Made by a program: the position numbers and the translations under genes. Under the pieces are notes generated by a model that worked only from the letters and a program-made list of their open reading frames with translations, made no database searches and was not told where the DNA came from. From Candidatus Latescibacterota bacterium (GTDB taxonomy: Bacteria; Latescibacterota; UBA2968; UBA8231), in contig CBDFJF010000002.1 in NCBI GenBank assembly GCA_965248265.1, positions 1,824,001 to 1,888,000 on the forward strand: 64,000 nt of DNA, in the 5' to 3' direction. This document shows positions 18,297 through 29,154 of the stretch, one piece after another. Numbering within the stretch: position 1 is the first letter of the stretch; each line of letters opens with the position of its first letter.

Positions 18297-20059
18297 GCAG
18301 GTGTTGCACAACCTGCGAACAGGAAAGGGGAGTGCGACAGAGACAGGCGCAAGTGGATCGCGAGTTGCTCATGAGCCGGCACTATGCTGGCCGCCGCCAT
18401 CCGCACACCCGCCTATCGCCGCCGCCAACCGGAGAAGGAGCCCCTCTACCAGGTCCTCGCCGAGCATCTCGAGACCTTTCTGGAGCAAGCGCGCACATCC
18501 GAGCATCGGTTGCCGTTGCAGGTAGAACAGGAGATGCGGGCTTACCTGGAGTGCGGACTGCTCCCATACGGGTTCATGCGGGTACAGTGTGAGGGCTGTG
18601 GGCACGACCGGGTCGTCGCGTTCTCCTGCAAAAAGAGGGGATTCTGCACCTCGTGTGCCGGCCGGCGCATGGCGGACACGGCGGCTCGCCTGGTCGACCA
18701 CGTGCTGCCCCGTGCGCCGGTGCGGCAGTTCGTGCTCAGTTTCCCCTACGAGATTCGCTACCACCTGGCCTGGGACGGCGAACTGATCGCCGCTGTACTG
18801 AGGGTGTTCCAGCGCGTAGTCGGAGGTTGGTACCGGCGCCAGGCGCGGGCGCTGGGGCACAGCGACGGGCGCTGTGGCTCGGTCACCTTCGTGCAGCGAT
18901 TCGGGTCGTCTTTGAACGTCAACCCCCACATCCACGTGCTTTTTCTGGATGGGGTCTACGTCGACGGGGACGATGGGCCGGAGTTCATCGCCGCACCGAA
19001 ACTGATTGACGACGATGTCCAGCAGATTATCGAAACTACGGCCCACCGCCTCATCCGGCTATGCACAAAGCGCGGCCTGCTCGACGATTCCCAGGTCGAT
19101 ACCCTGGCCGACGAAGAGCCCGTGCTCGCCGCCATCACCGCCGCCTCAGTGCGCTGCGTCATCGCCACTGGCGAGCGTGCCGGACAGCGGCTTCGACGGG
19201 TGCTCCGGGACCCGGCCACCGGGGTGCGCACGGCGCCCCTGTGCTTCGCCTCGCGCGGATTCTCTCTGCACGCGGCCACGCGGATCGCGTCCGAGGATCG
19301 GCTTGGCCTCGAGAAATTGTGTCGCTATGTTGCTCGCCCGGCTCTGGCGGCGGGCCGATTGCGCATCCTCGACGACGGCCAGCTCGCCTTCACTCTCAAG
19401 ACGCCCTGGTCAAACGGCACTACCCGCCTGCTACTGTCCCCCCATGAACTGCTCGAAAAGCTGGCCGCCCTCGTACCGCCGCCACGGCTCAACCTGATCC
19501 GGTACCACGGGTGTTTGGCGCCCAACGCGCGAGACCGTGACCGGATCGTGCCCGGCGGCGACGACGAGCCCTCGATGACGGGCGAATCTGACTCACCACC
19601 GTGTCCTCACCGCCTGTCCTGGTGCCAACTCCTGGCGCGCGTTTTTTCCGTTGACGTTACAGAGTGCCCTGACTGCGGGGGCCGGATGAAGATAGTTGCC
19701 GCCTTGACGGACCCAACCTCGATCCGGACCTACCTGAAAGGTGTCGGCCTGCCGGCGCGGCCGCCTCCGATCGCGCCGGCACGACCCGCCCCACAGCCCG
19801 AGCTGGAAACGCTGCACACAGCGTCCGCCGCCTGAGCGGATGCGCCTGGCGTGTTCAGAACGGATCGCCACGCCCACACGGGCCGGTTTTGTGACCACGA
19901 ACGGACCGACAGGCCTCATCGACCCGTTGGCAGGCCCTGATCCACCCCAATCCATTCGCCCATCGCACCCGGCACCCAATCCACCGTTCACATTCCCTCT
20001 CGACACCATCCCGCCGCCAGCTAAACTAATCATAATGGTGCTTTATCGGTCCTATACGT
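18297..20059 (+). mobile_element. IS91/ISCR-type rolling-circle element, apparently complete
   Basis: Hairpin GCAGGTGTTGCACAACCTGC at 18297..18316 (terIS candidate), then the transposase. The 3' end GTGCTTTATCGGTCCTATACGT resembles ISCR oriIS ends. Left boundary uncertain. Confidence 0.8.
18384..19835 (+). CDS. IS91-family HUH transposase with N-terminal Zn-binding domain
   Basis: CEGC...FSCKKRGFCTSC, HUH motif NPHIH, GFSLHA, EKLCRYVARP, LIRYHG and C-terminal CPDCGG. Confidence 0.95.
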   Translation: MLAAAIRTPAYRRRQPEKEPLYQVLAEHLETFLEQARTSEHRLPLQVEQEMRAYLECGLLPYGFMRVQCEGCGHDRVVAFSCKKRGFCTSCAGRRMADTAARLVDHVLPRAPVRQFVLSFPYEIRYHLAWDGELIAAVLRVFQRVVGGWYRRQARALGHSDGRCGSVTFVQRFGSSLNVNPHIHVLFLDGVYVDGDDGPEFIAAPKLIDDDVQQIIETTAHRLIRLCTKRGLLDDSQVDTLADEEPVLAAITAASVRCVIATGERAGQRLRRVLRDPATGVRTAPLCFASRGFSLHAATRIASEDRLGLEKLCRYVARPALAAGRLRILDDGQLAFTLKTPWSNGTTRLLLSPHELLEKLAALVPPPRLNLIRYHGCLAPNARDRDRIVPGGDDEPSMTGESDSPPCPHRLSWCQLLARVFSVDVTECPDCGGRMKIVAALTDPTSIRTYLKGVGLPARPPPIAPARPAPQPELETLHTASAA

Positions 20060-20252
20060 AGAAGCCGCGCGAGGCAAAGCACAGCCGTCCCGTGCGTATT
20101 CCCGTAGCAGGATCCCGCAGTACCCGTCGCAATCGCTGACCGGCGCGCTCTCCGGTGGCGATGAGACCGCGCACGGAGGCTGAAGTGATTGCGGCCAGCA
20201 CGGGCTCCTGGTCGTTGAGGGGATCCGTTTGGGTGTTATCGAGCAGGCCGCG
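20058..20252 (-). pseudogene. Inverted internal fragment of a related IS91 transposase
   Basis: RGLLDNTQTDPLNDQEPVLAAITSASVRGLIATGERAGQRLRRVLRDPATGIRTGRLCFASRGF, diverged from the intact copy. Confidence 0.85.
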
Positions 20253-20253
20253 A

Positions 20254-20363
20254 CAGAGCTGACGAAGTGGGAATGCTGGAGCCAGCGGCTCGGAGACACA
20301 CAGGTCGAGGACATCTTCCGGAACAACGCGGTGAGGTTGTTCAGGCCGTACCTTGGCTCTTGA
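20254..20363 (+). pseudogene. 3' fragment of an amidohydrolase-like gene
   Basis: ...LGDTQVEDIFRNNAVRLFRPYLGS* matches a typical amidohydrolase C-terminal motif. Confidence 0.5.
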
Positions 20364-20418
20364 CGCCAGGGAGGCAAACAGCGGTAGGTAGAGAAGAGAA
20401 ATTCAAAGGAGGTCCAAT

Positions 20419-20769
20419 GTGCCCAACGTAGCATTCCTGGAAGCGTTCGCCGACGCGTGGAATCGGCATGATATCGATACCATCATGGCTGCGATGACGG
20501 AGGATTGCGTGTTCGTCACGTCGACGGGCAATCGAATCGAAGGACAGGAAGCTGTTCGAAAGGTCTTCGAACACATAATCGATTCGTACACCGGATTGAC
20601 GTTCAAGAACGCGCGTCACGCCGTCGATGGGGAGCGCGGACTATCGGAGTGGACCTTCAGTGGTGTCGACGTCGAGGACGGGGAGAAGACGGAAATCGAA
20701 GGGTGCGACGTGTTCACCTTCCGTGAGGGGTTGATCGCGCTGAAGAACAGCTACATGAAGCAGAGCTGA
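20419..20769 (+). CDS. NTF2/SnoaL-like protein
   Basis: FADAWNRHDIDTIMAAMTEDCVF...GLSEWTFSG...GCDVFTFR, with GGAGG RBS. Confidence 0.9.
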   Translation: MPNVAFLEAFADAWNRHDIDTIMAAMTEDCVFVTSTGNRIEGQEAVRKVFEHIIDSYTGLTFKNARHAVDGERGLSEWTFSGVDVEDGEKTEIEGCDVFTFREGLIALKNSYMKQS

Positions 20770-20803
20770 ACCTGCCTCCCCGCGCACCCTTTACTGCACT
20801 ATC

Positions 20804-21180
20804 ATGAATGATCTGACTGACGCGTACAGCTGGAGCTGTGTGACCTCGGAGGTGCCGTGGTCGCCTCGCGACGGGGCACAGCTCGTCTCCTTCCAGGATA
20901 AGCTCTTCCTGCTGGGTGGCTGGAATCAGTACGCCAGCGATAGGCCCGACCTCGCTGGCGATGGCGTCGGCTCATTTGAGGCGGACGTGTGCTCGGAGGT
21001 GTGGTGCTCGGATGATGATGGCGCTAGCTGGTCGCTGGCGGCCACTGCACCGTGGAGCGGCAGGCACATGCACGGAGCCGTCGTGCACGACGATCACATC
21101 TGGATCGTCGGGGCAGAGAGCGGGACGGATGACGACGTGTGGAAGTCGAAGGACGGCCTGAAATGGGAGCTGGTACAGCA
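20804..21180 (+). pseudogene. Kelch-like repeat protein, 3'-truncated
   Basis: Repeats PWSPRDG...LFLLGGW and APWSGRHMH...DVWKSKDG. Homology stops at ~21180, where an IS91-like tail begins. Confidence 0.75.
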
Positions 21181-21270
21181 ATCCGACCCATTCGCACCCT
21201 TCGAAACGCCTCTCGACCAACCCAGATTCTCGTTGTACACTACTGATAACCCTTCTTATCGGCCCTATCC
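21181..21270 (+). mobile_element. IS91/ISCR tail remnant with oriIS E
   Basis: CCATTCGC...CTCTCGAC as in 19951..20004, then ATAACCCTTCTTATCGGCCCTATCC. Confidence 0.7.
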
Positions 21271-21322
21271 TTTGATTTGGATCGCTTCCAGGTTAGCAGG
21301 ATCGATCGAAGGAACTAACCAG

Positions 21323-21599
21323 CTAGCTGAATTGGAACGCGTAAAGGTCGACGTCACGCATGACGAAACGTAGTCGAATAGGTTTTCCGGCTAGTTCGCT
21401 TATGTCTGATTTGCCTTGCCAGGTTACAACTCTGTTGATTTCGTTGGTTGTGTGAATGCGGTCGCAATCTTCGAGTCTGTAGCCAGCTGATCCAGAGAGA
21501 GTGATAGCTCCCAGCTCATCCAGGATCTCCACCCGAAGTTCTCCTACCGCTGACGTGTCCACGTTCAACATTAGCTCGTTTCCATTGAATCTCAGTACT
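21323..21599 (-). pseudogene. 3' fragment of a beta-propeller GH-like gene
   Basis: VLRFNGNELMLNVDTSAVGELRVEILD...IRLRFVMRDVDLYAFQFS* abuts the IS3 left end. Confidence 0.85.
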
Positions 21600-21650
21600 T
21601 GAATCGCCCCGGGGTTGCCGGAGGCTCCATTTCTTGAGAGGATTGGAGTC

Positions 21651-22882
<1,232 letters not shown>

Positions 22883-22912
22883 CCGAGTCTCCGAAAAACC
22901 CGGGGCGATTCA

Positions 22913-23518
22913 ATCCCAGAAACCCACGTTCTGCGAGTCGAAACCGCCCTCGGTAATCAGGGGCCTGTCGCTGACGAGCTCCCAGTGCAAGCCATCGGGG
23001 CTCTGCATGCCGTAAAGCCCTGCACCCTCCCCTGTTCCATGACGCCCGAAGGCCTTGTACCTGCTCTCCGGTTTCAGCCCGGGCCTCTCGTCCCTGAAAG
23101 GGGTGAATCCGTGAGTCCCGACCTGGTCCGGGTCCGCCCCGTCCAGGACGATATTGTTCCTCTTCGAGCCATCGATCTCGCAGATGTCCAGTTCGGGTCT
23201 CTCCCACATGATACCGTCCCGGCTCTCGGCGTAGGCGATACGCAGCGGCGTGAGGTCCTCCCTGTACTTGCCGGGACCGTCCTCCGAGAGGACGCCGTGA
23301 TGGGCCTTGTAGTACATCCTGACGACATCACCGTCCGCGAAGGCGGTTACGTATCCCGCGTGATTCCCTTCCCATGGGGCGTCCGTGACCAGTGCCGCTT
23401 CCCGGGGGACGGGCTCATGGAGCCGGTACTCCGCCCTGCCCTTGAGCTCTTCCGCAAGCCATTCGTCGACGAAGAGCTCCAGACGGCTGCCGATGTCCAT
23501 TACTTCCTTCGGTTCCAT
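22913..23518 (-). pseudogene. 5' fragment of a beta-propeller GH-like gene cut by IS3
   Basis: MEPKEVMDIGSRLELFVDEW...FDSQNVGFWD ends exactly at the IS3 right end. Colinear with the first part of 35194..36681. Confidence 0.88.
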
Positions 23519-23615
23519 AGTCCCACTTCCTTGCTCATGACGCCCGAGTTTGCGCAGCTCAGCACGGGCAATACGTCCCTACACCAGCACAACCTTCCCT
23601 CCGTACGGTCGTGAG

Positions 23616-24422
23616 TCAGCGAAGCGCGCCACGCGGCTGCAGGGCGTGTTTGCCGAAGATCACGGGGAAAGCGTCGCCGCTCTCGATGCTTCTCGTGCGC
23701 GCGTCCATGTAGGCGATGCTGAAGGCCCGGCGCGGCCTGTCCGTCGCATTGACCCCAGAGCGATGCAGCATCCAGTTGTGGATCAGCACGGCCTCACCCA
23801 CCGGCACTTCGAGGTCAATCACCCGGTCGGGCGAACAGTGCGCCTGCTGTTCTTGCGATGAGGCGAAGTGACTCTCGTTCAGAATCCCCAGCTTATGGCT
23901 ACCGGGCACGATCTGCATACAACCCGTGTCTACAGTCGCATCGTCGAGGGCCGTCCACACGGTCGTCGTCGGGTTCGAATCGATTCCCCATCCTTTGCCC
24001 ACGTCCTGATGCCAGGGAAGCTCCGTGCCTTTGTTGGCCGGTTTGTTCATGAACATCGAGCGAAAGACGGAGACATTGTCACCGATGTAGCGGCGAGTAA
24101 TCTCACGGAAGAGTGGATGCCGCATGTAGGTGAGAAACAGTTCATCGTGATGCAGTTCGTCGACGCGGCGGTAAGACAGGCTGCGCTCTGAAATACCGGC
24201 GGTAGCCTGTGCCAGGATGTAGCTGCTGCTGTCCCCATCCAGCTGAAATTGAATGCCCTCAATAACGACGTTGCCGAGCATCAGATCGTCGATGCGCGTA
24301 CGAAGAGCTGAGAGTTCGCCGTCCGAGAGCAAGCGGCCGAGACGCGCGTAGCCGTCCTGCTCGAACTGCTCGCCTTGCATGTCCGTGAAGGGCGGACAGG
24401 ATGTCGATGCATTCAGCGTCAT
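23616..24422 (-). CDS. Phytanoyl-CoA dioxygenase (PhyH) family protein
   Basis: LPWHQD, GCMQIVPGSH and LHRSGVN...RRA. Confidence 0.92.
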   Translation of the reverse strand: MTLNASTSCPPFTDMQGEQFEQDGYARLGRLLSDGELSALRTRIDDLMLGNVVIEGIQFQLDGDSSSYILAQATAGISERSLSYRRVDELHHDELFLTYMRHPLFREITRRYIGDNVSVFRSMFMNKPANKGTELPWHQDVGKGWGIDSNPTTTVWTALDDATVDTGCMQIVPGSHKLGILNESHFASSQEQQAHCSPDRVIDLEVPVGEAVLIHNWMLHRSGVNATDRPRRAFSIAYMDARTRSIESGDAFPVIFGKHALQPRGALR

Positions 24423-24464
24423 TCGCGCAAACCTGCCATCGTGCTCATTTCTCGACGGTGACCT

Positions 24465-24880
24465 TCACCTTGCGCTCGGGGCGCCCAGCTCCCGACGCAC
24501 CAGCCGTGTTCCTTCGACCAGGGCGATGAGCTTGGCATAGGCTACATCTCGGTCAAAATACTTGAGTCCGCAGTCGGGTGCCGGTTGCAGCCGCTGGGGT
24601 GACGTGTGCTCCATCGCCCCACGGATGCGCTCGGCCACTGTCTCAGGCGTCTCGATCTGCCGTAACCGCAGCAGATGTGGATGGCCTTCGTAGCCTGGAC
24701 GCCGTCTAGGGCCGCGTTGAAGGCGTCGATCCCGTACTCGAGCGCCTGCTCGGTCCGTGCTTCCATGTAGGGCTCGTCCAACTGGATCACGTCTGCGCCG
24801 GCCGCAGCCAGATCGTGCATTTCCTCGTTGACGGCACGCGCCAGATCCATCGTCAGCCGGCGAGGGTCTCCGTAGTGGTT
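24465..24880 (-). pseudogene. metE: Cobalamin-independent methionine synthase (catalytic-domain type) fragment with internal deletion
   Basis: GADVIQLDEP...AIHICCGYG is joined out of frame to IETPETVAERI...APDCGLKY. No 5' end. Confidence 0.82.
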
Positions 24881-25021
24881 TATCAGTATCCCTGTTGTTC
24901 CTCAAAGAAGCTTCAGCGATGTGCATTATAAGGCGCTGTAAACGATGGTCCAACCGAGTATTCATTCTCGTCATCACGGCCTGTCGCCGGGACGGGATCT
25001 CTGCTGAAGCACAAGGCGTTG

Positions 25022-25050
25022 TTGTCGCCGGCCCTCCGATTCACTACAAT
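25022..25050 (+). promoter_or_regulatory. Sigma70-like promoter
   Basis: TTGTCG-N17-TACAAT upstream of 25088. Confidence 0.5.
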
Positions 25051-25087
25051 GCCCAGCGAGTGTGCTGAAGCAAACCGAGGAAAGGCC

Positions 25088-25912
25088 ATGATCAAGCTTG
25101 GATGGTCGACGAGGGCCCCCGAGCCCTCCGGTTACGTGGAACAGATCGAGTTCGCCCGCGAGCTCGGACTCGACATCATCGATTTCCACCTGCAGGGAAT
25201 TCCCAACGATGTGGAGTTCCTGATGGGACTCAAGATGCAGTGCCTGAAGGCTGGCCTGCCCATTGGTTATCTGGGCGCTGGGAGCCTGGCGGGTCCTGTC
25301 GAGTTGAAAGAGGAGCGGCTGGTCAAGGCCAAGGCAGATGTCGATCTGGCCTCGTACCTCGGTGCCCAGATGGTGCGCGTGTTCGCGCGGGGAAAGTGGC
25401 CGGACGAGCCCGCTGAGCAGGAGGCGGTGTGGGGTCCGATGATCGAATCGTTCCAGGAACTGAGTGACTACGCGGCGGAGCGCGGCGTCGTTCTGGGGCT
25501 GCAGAACCACAACCACGGCGGCTGCGCCAGGAACGCCGATCTGGTGCTGAAGATTCTGGCCGACACCGGCCGGCGCAACCTGACCTTCATCATGGACACG
25601 GGCCAGTGGCAGGGTTCGATGGGAGGGTCTCCTCGAGGCTGGATGGATACCGCCGTGGACATCTACAGAGATTACATGGCGCGCACTGCCCAATACACTT
25701 CCAGCGTGCGGGCGAAGATCTACAAGATCGACACCGGTCGTGAAGAGTGGCTGGACTATCCGCGAATCATGAGGATTCTGAATGACGCCGAGTTCAACGG
25801 CAACATCTCCATCTGTCTCGAAGGCCGCGATCGCAACAGCTGCGAGCCGGACGAGTGCCTCAAGTTGGCGGCAGAGTACCTACGCAAGGTGATTGCCGAC
25901 TTCTCCGGATGA
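25088..25912 (+). CDS. Sugar phosphate isomerase/epimerase (xylose-isomerase-like TIM barrel)
   Basis: Start moved to MIKLGW. Motifs VRVF, LGLQNHNH, MDTGQW and ISICLEG. Confidence 0.88.
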   Translation: MIKLGWSTRAPEPSGYVEQIEFARELGLDIIDFHLQGIPNDVEFLMGLKMQCLKAGLPIGYLGAGSLAGPVELKEERLVKAKADVDLASYLGAQMVRVFARGKWPDEPAEQEAVWGPMIESFQELSDYAAERGVVLGLQNHNHGGCARNADLVLKILADTGRRNLTFIMDTGQWQGSMGGSPRGWMDTAVDIYRDYMARTAQYTSSVRAKIYKIDTGREEWLDYPRIMRILNDAEFNGNISICLEGRDRNSCEPDECLKLAAEYLRKVIADFSG

Positions 25913-25937
25913 GGGCCGTCGAGCGGCAGACTCTGAA

Positions 25938-27089
25938 CTATGGCAGCGCCTCCATGAGGCGGTCGATGTCGTCGTGGTTGTTGTACACCGACGGCGACAG
26001 GCGCATCTTGTTGCCGAAGCGCATGGCGATGTGAACGCTGTTGTTCCGGCAGCTGGCCAGGGTTGCATCCGGATCGGGCGCTTCGAAGGCGACAATCGGG
26101 CTCTCGTTCCCCTTGGGGGTTATCGGTTCGAAACCGCGCTGCGGCAACTCTTCCTGCAGGCGCCCCGTCAGTTCCCTCGCATGGCTTCGAATGTTCTCGA
26201 CCCCCAGGTTCAGGATGTATTTGACGCTTTCCCTGGCACAGACGACTCCTTCGTATGAGGGATAGCTGACCTCGTGGGCGCCGATTCCGGTCCGTGGTGA
26301 AAACGAGAGCTCTTCCCCATCCGGATTCGGATTCTCGCTCCACGGCGGGTAGTGATACGAAACCCCCCCGGTGGGCTGGGACGGCTTGAGTACCGTTCCC
26401 TGTAGATCGGAGCGCACGTACAGAAACCCGAAGCCCTTGACACCCATCAGCCACTTGAAGGTCGAGCAGGCAGCGAAGTCGATGCCCATCGCCTTCACGT
26501 CGATCGGAACACCCCCCGCTGCTTGCATGATGTCGACGTAGAGGTACGCGCCGTGGTCGTGGGCGAGCTTTCCCAGGGCGGTCACGTCCGCCAGGTAGCC
26601 GTTGATATTCGACACCAGCGCCACCGAGATGAGGCGGGTGTTGCCATCGACCGCCTGGCACATCGCCTCCATATCGATCTGCCAGTCGCGATTCCTGACG
26701 ACGCGCACGTCGAGGCCTTCCCGCTCGCGAAATTTGTAGTTGCCGACACAGGGGTTGAAGTTCAGATCGGAGATGACCACGTTTCCGCCCTGGAGGTGGT
26801 CATTCAGTCCATTCAGAATATTGCTTTCCGATTCCACAGTACTGCGCGCGTGGGCGATCTCTTCGGGGTCGGCGTTGATGAGCTGGGCAAAGAGGGTTTT
26901 CGCCTCATCCCGTGACCCGGCCCAGTCCGGCCACCAGGGCTCGCCTACATCATGTGTCACCCATTCCACGTAGCGATGCAGGGCTGCAGCCGACTGCACA
27001 CTGATGGGATGCGACGAGGCGTTGTCGAAATAGGCCATCGTACGCGACCTTGGAAAATCCTCCCGCACCGTGTCGAACAGGCCGCTCAT
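25938..27089 (-). CDS. Class V PLP-dependent aminotransferase-fold enzyme
   Basis: YFDNAS, VDIMQAAG, STFKWLMG and RLSPSVYN. Confidence 0.9.
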   Translation of the reverse strand: MSGLFDTVREDFPRSRTMAYFDNASSHPISVQSAAALHRYVEWVTHDVGEPWWPDWAGSRDEAKTLFAQLINADPEEIAHARSTVESESNILNGLNDHLQGGNVVISDLNFNPCVGNYKFREREGLDVRVVRNRDWQIDMEAMCQAVDGNTRLISVALVSNINGYLADVTALGKLAHDHGAYLYVDIMQAAGGVPIDVKAMGIDFAACSTFKWLMGVKGFGFLYVRSDLQGTVLKPSQPTGGVSYHYPPWSENPNPDGEELSFSPRTGIGAHEVSYPSYEGVVCARESVKYILNLGVENIRSHARELTGRLQEELPQRGFEPITPKGNESPIVAFEAPDPDATLASCRNNSVHIAMRFGNKMRLSPSVYNNHDDIDRLMEALP

Positions 27090-27203
27090 GTCTGTCGAGT
27101 GCCCAGCGCTCGAGCCGGTTGGTCGTGATCAGCCACCCTGTATTCCCCACAGGTTTTCCTTGAGTCAGCTGTTAATGTTGATTGACGATCAGGTACAGAT
27201 TTC

Positions 27204-27643
27204 ATGACCCACCCTTCACCTCTTTCCTTGAAGGGACTCCTCATCGGAGCGGCCATGAGCCTCGCCGTCGGGCTGGCGGCTCCGTATGGCCTCGCCTTCA
27301 CGTATTTCCGCATCGGATTCAACCCCTCGTCACCGGGCGCCATCTTCCTTTTCCTCGTCCTTCTCCTCGTCAACGTTCTCTTCAGCCTCGTGCGGTGTCA
27401 ATTCACGCTGTCGCGGGCCGATCTCGTGCTCGTCTATTGCATGCTCCTGATGGCGGTCACCACGCCGACCTGGGGGCTCATGTTCTCTGGTGGCCCTTCC
27501 ACCCCCTCGGTTTCGCCCTCAGCGTCGGCTGGCTAACCGGCGATTTCTACATCGCTGATTCAACCGGAGACCTCTACCAGCTGACTATGGTGCCGCCGGA
27601 GGATCGTCCGTCGGAACAGGATTACGTCAACATCTGGCGTTGA
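27204..27643 (+). pseudogene. Chimeric remnant: DUF6785-like 5' part, DUF6785-like 3' scrap, and the 3' end of an unrelated gene
   Basis: MTHPSPLSLKGLLIG...PTWGLMF (to 27486) | WWPFHPLGFALSVGWLTG | DFYIADSTGDLY...YVNIWR*. Confidence 0.85.
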
Positions 27644-27712
27644 GATCGAACCTTCCTTTTCCTTCTCAGTGCCCGTCAGATCCATACTGCGATTCCCGGG
27701 CGCTGCCTGCTA

Positions 27713-27744
27713 AACGGCACGCCGTGCGGTGACGGCGGCACTAT
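27713..27744 (-). repeat. REP-like palindrome, copy 1
   Basis: AACGGCACGCCGTGCGGTGACGGCGGCACTAT, near-identical to 62493..62524. Confidence 0.65.
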
Positions 27745-27775
27745 GGGAGATCCCGGTCAACCGGAAAGGCAGAGC

Positions 27776-28831
27776 ATGACCAGATTACCAGAAATTCACG
27801 TCGATTCGGTGCGCAAGATTTTCGACGACGGGAGTCACAACGGGTTTACCGACATGTGCCGTTTCGGCGGCAAGATGTATCTGTGCTTCCGCTCGTGTCC
27901 AGACGGACACATGGTGTTCCCCACCTCCCGCGTCGTCGTCCTCTCCAGCAACGATGGTGTGGACTGGGAGCAGGTGCATGCGTTCAGCGTGCCTGATCGG
28001 GATACGCGCGATCCGAAATTCCTGAGCTTCAAGGACCAACTGTTCGTCTACACCAGCACCTGGTACTGCGGGGATTTGGCGCCAGAGGGGAATTGGAGGC
28101 ACCCCGAAATGAACCAGCAGCTTGGGTATGCAGCGGTAAGCGCCGACGGCAGCACGTGGAGCGAGCCGATCGTACTGGAAGGAACCTACGGGCATTTCAT
28201 CTGGCGGGCGGCAGCGCACGGCGGAACGGCGTACCTGTGTGGCCGACGAAAGCGCGGATTCGTCGAGCTGCAGGACGACGATCGGTCCTTCCACGAATCC
28301 GCTATGCTGGCAAGCGACGACGGGCTCGTCTGGCGGACACACGCTTTTTTTCAAACGACGCACGGAAACGAGACCGCTTTTCTGTTCGAGCCCGACGGTA
28401 GCGTGTTGGCGGTTGCCCGGTGCACGATGGATAACTCACAACTCTGCCGCTCCAACCCGCCGTATTCCGAGTGGGTCCGAACCGACCTGAATTGCTTCAT
28501 CGGCGGCCCGCTGTTGGTCAAATGGGGTGCCCGGTACCTGGTCGGGGGGCGCAAGCCCTTCAAGCCGGTATCTGGCCGGTATCCATTGGGCTTCTACACC
28601 GACACCGATGCCCTACCACCGGACGATCCCCGGACAGTCCTGTACTGGTTGGAAGGCGACCGTCTGGTCGATGCCGCAGAGTTGCCCAGCGGCGGTGACA
28701 ACTCCTATCCCGGGTTCATCGAACTCAGCCCCACGAGGGGGCTACTTTCGTACTATTCCAGTCACGAGGGCAGCCGGTCGGGGGTCGCGCCCTGTTCGAT
28801 CTACCTGGCGGAGCTAAGCTTGAGCGAGTAA
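27776..28831 (+). CDS. Sialidase-like beta-propeller protein
   Basis: HNGFTD, RDPKF, NET, GGP and LPSGGDNSYPG...YYSSH. Close paralog of 60437..61447. Confidence 0.82.
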   Translation: MTRLPEIHVDSVRKIFDDGSHNGFTDMCRFGGKMYLCFRSCPDGHMVFPTSRVVVLSSNDGVDWEQVHAFSVPDRDTRDPKFLSFKDQLFVYTSTWYCGDLAPEGNWRHPEMNQQLGYAAVSADGSTWSEPIVLEGTYGHFIWRAAAHGGTAYLCGRRKRGFVELQDDDRSFHESAMLASDDGLVWRTHAFFQTTHGNETAFLFEPDGSVLAVARCTMDNSQLCRSNPPYSEWVRTDLNCFIGGPLLVKWGARYLVGGRKPFKPVSGRYPLGFYTDTDALPPDDPRTVLYWLEGDRLVDAAELPSGGDNSYPGFIELSPTRGLLSYYSSHEGSRSGVAPCSIYLAELSLSE

Positions 28832-28843
28832 GGAGGCCAACAC

Positions 28844-28920
28844 ATGCGATTCTTTCACCTTATCACACTCGCCGTCTGCTGCCTGGCCGTCCGTCCGGGG
28901 CCTGTCTGGACCCGTGGCCG
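28844..28920 (+). pseudogene. Probable orphan signal-peptide-encoding gene start
   Basis: AAGGAGG RBS followed by MRFFHLITLAVCCLAVRPG, after which the frame runs into the FlgD leader. Confidence 0.4.
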
Positions 28921-28956
28921 CCAACTGGATGAGGAGAACGACCGACAGCTCGCCCA

Positions 28957-29100
28957 ACAGCCTGCCACGCTAATCGCACCGCATCTCGCCTTTATCTTGT
29001 TCCTCCCCCGACAATTGCATATACTTTCATTGTGCGTTCGGCTGCATCAACAGACCATCCTCGCGCAGCAAGCCGCAGCCCGGACATTCACAATCCGAGG
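28957..29100 (+). promoter_or_regulatory. Conserved upstream leader of FlgD paralog 2
   Basis: Aligns with 1940..1799 on the minus strand. Confidence 0.6.
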
Positions 29101-29154
29101 GCGCTTGACATGACATATTCGATGCTATCCACCTCCTCCAAATCCTTCTGCCAG

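Noticed and set aside
24870-24945. Additional oriIS-like sites (TACTGATAA near 24880; GAATAACACTGGATCACTAC near 54470)
   Set aside because: Only half of the motif is present, so they were not counted among the seven.
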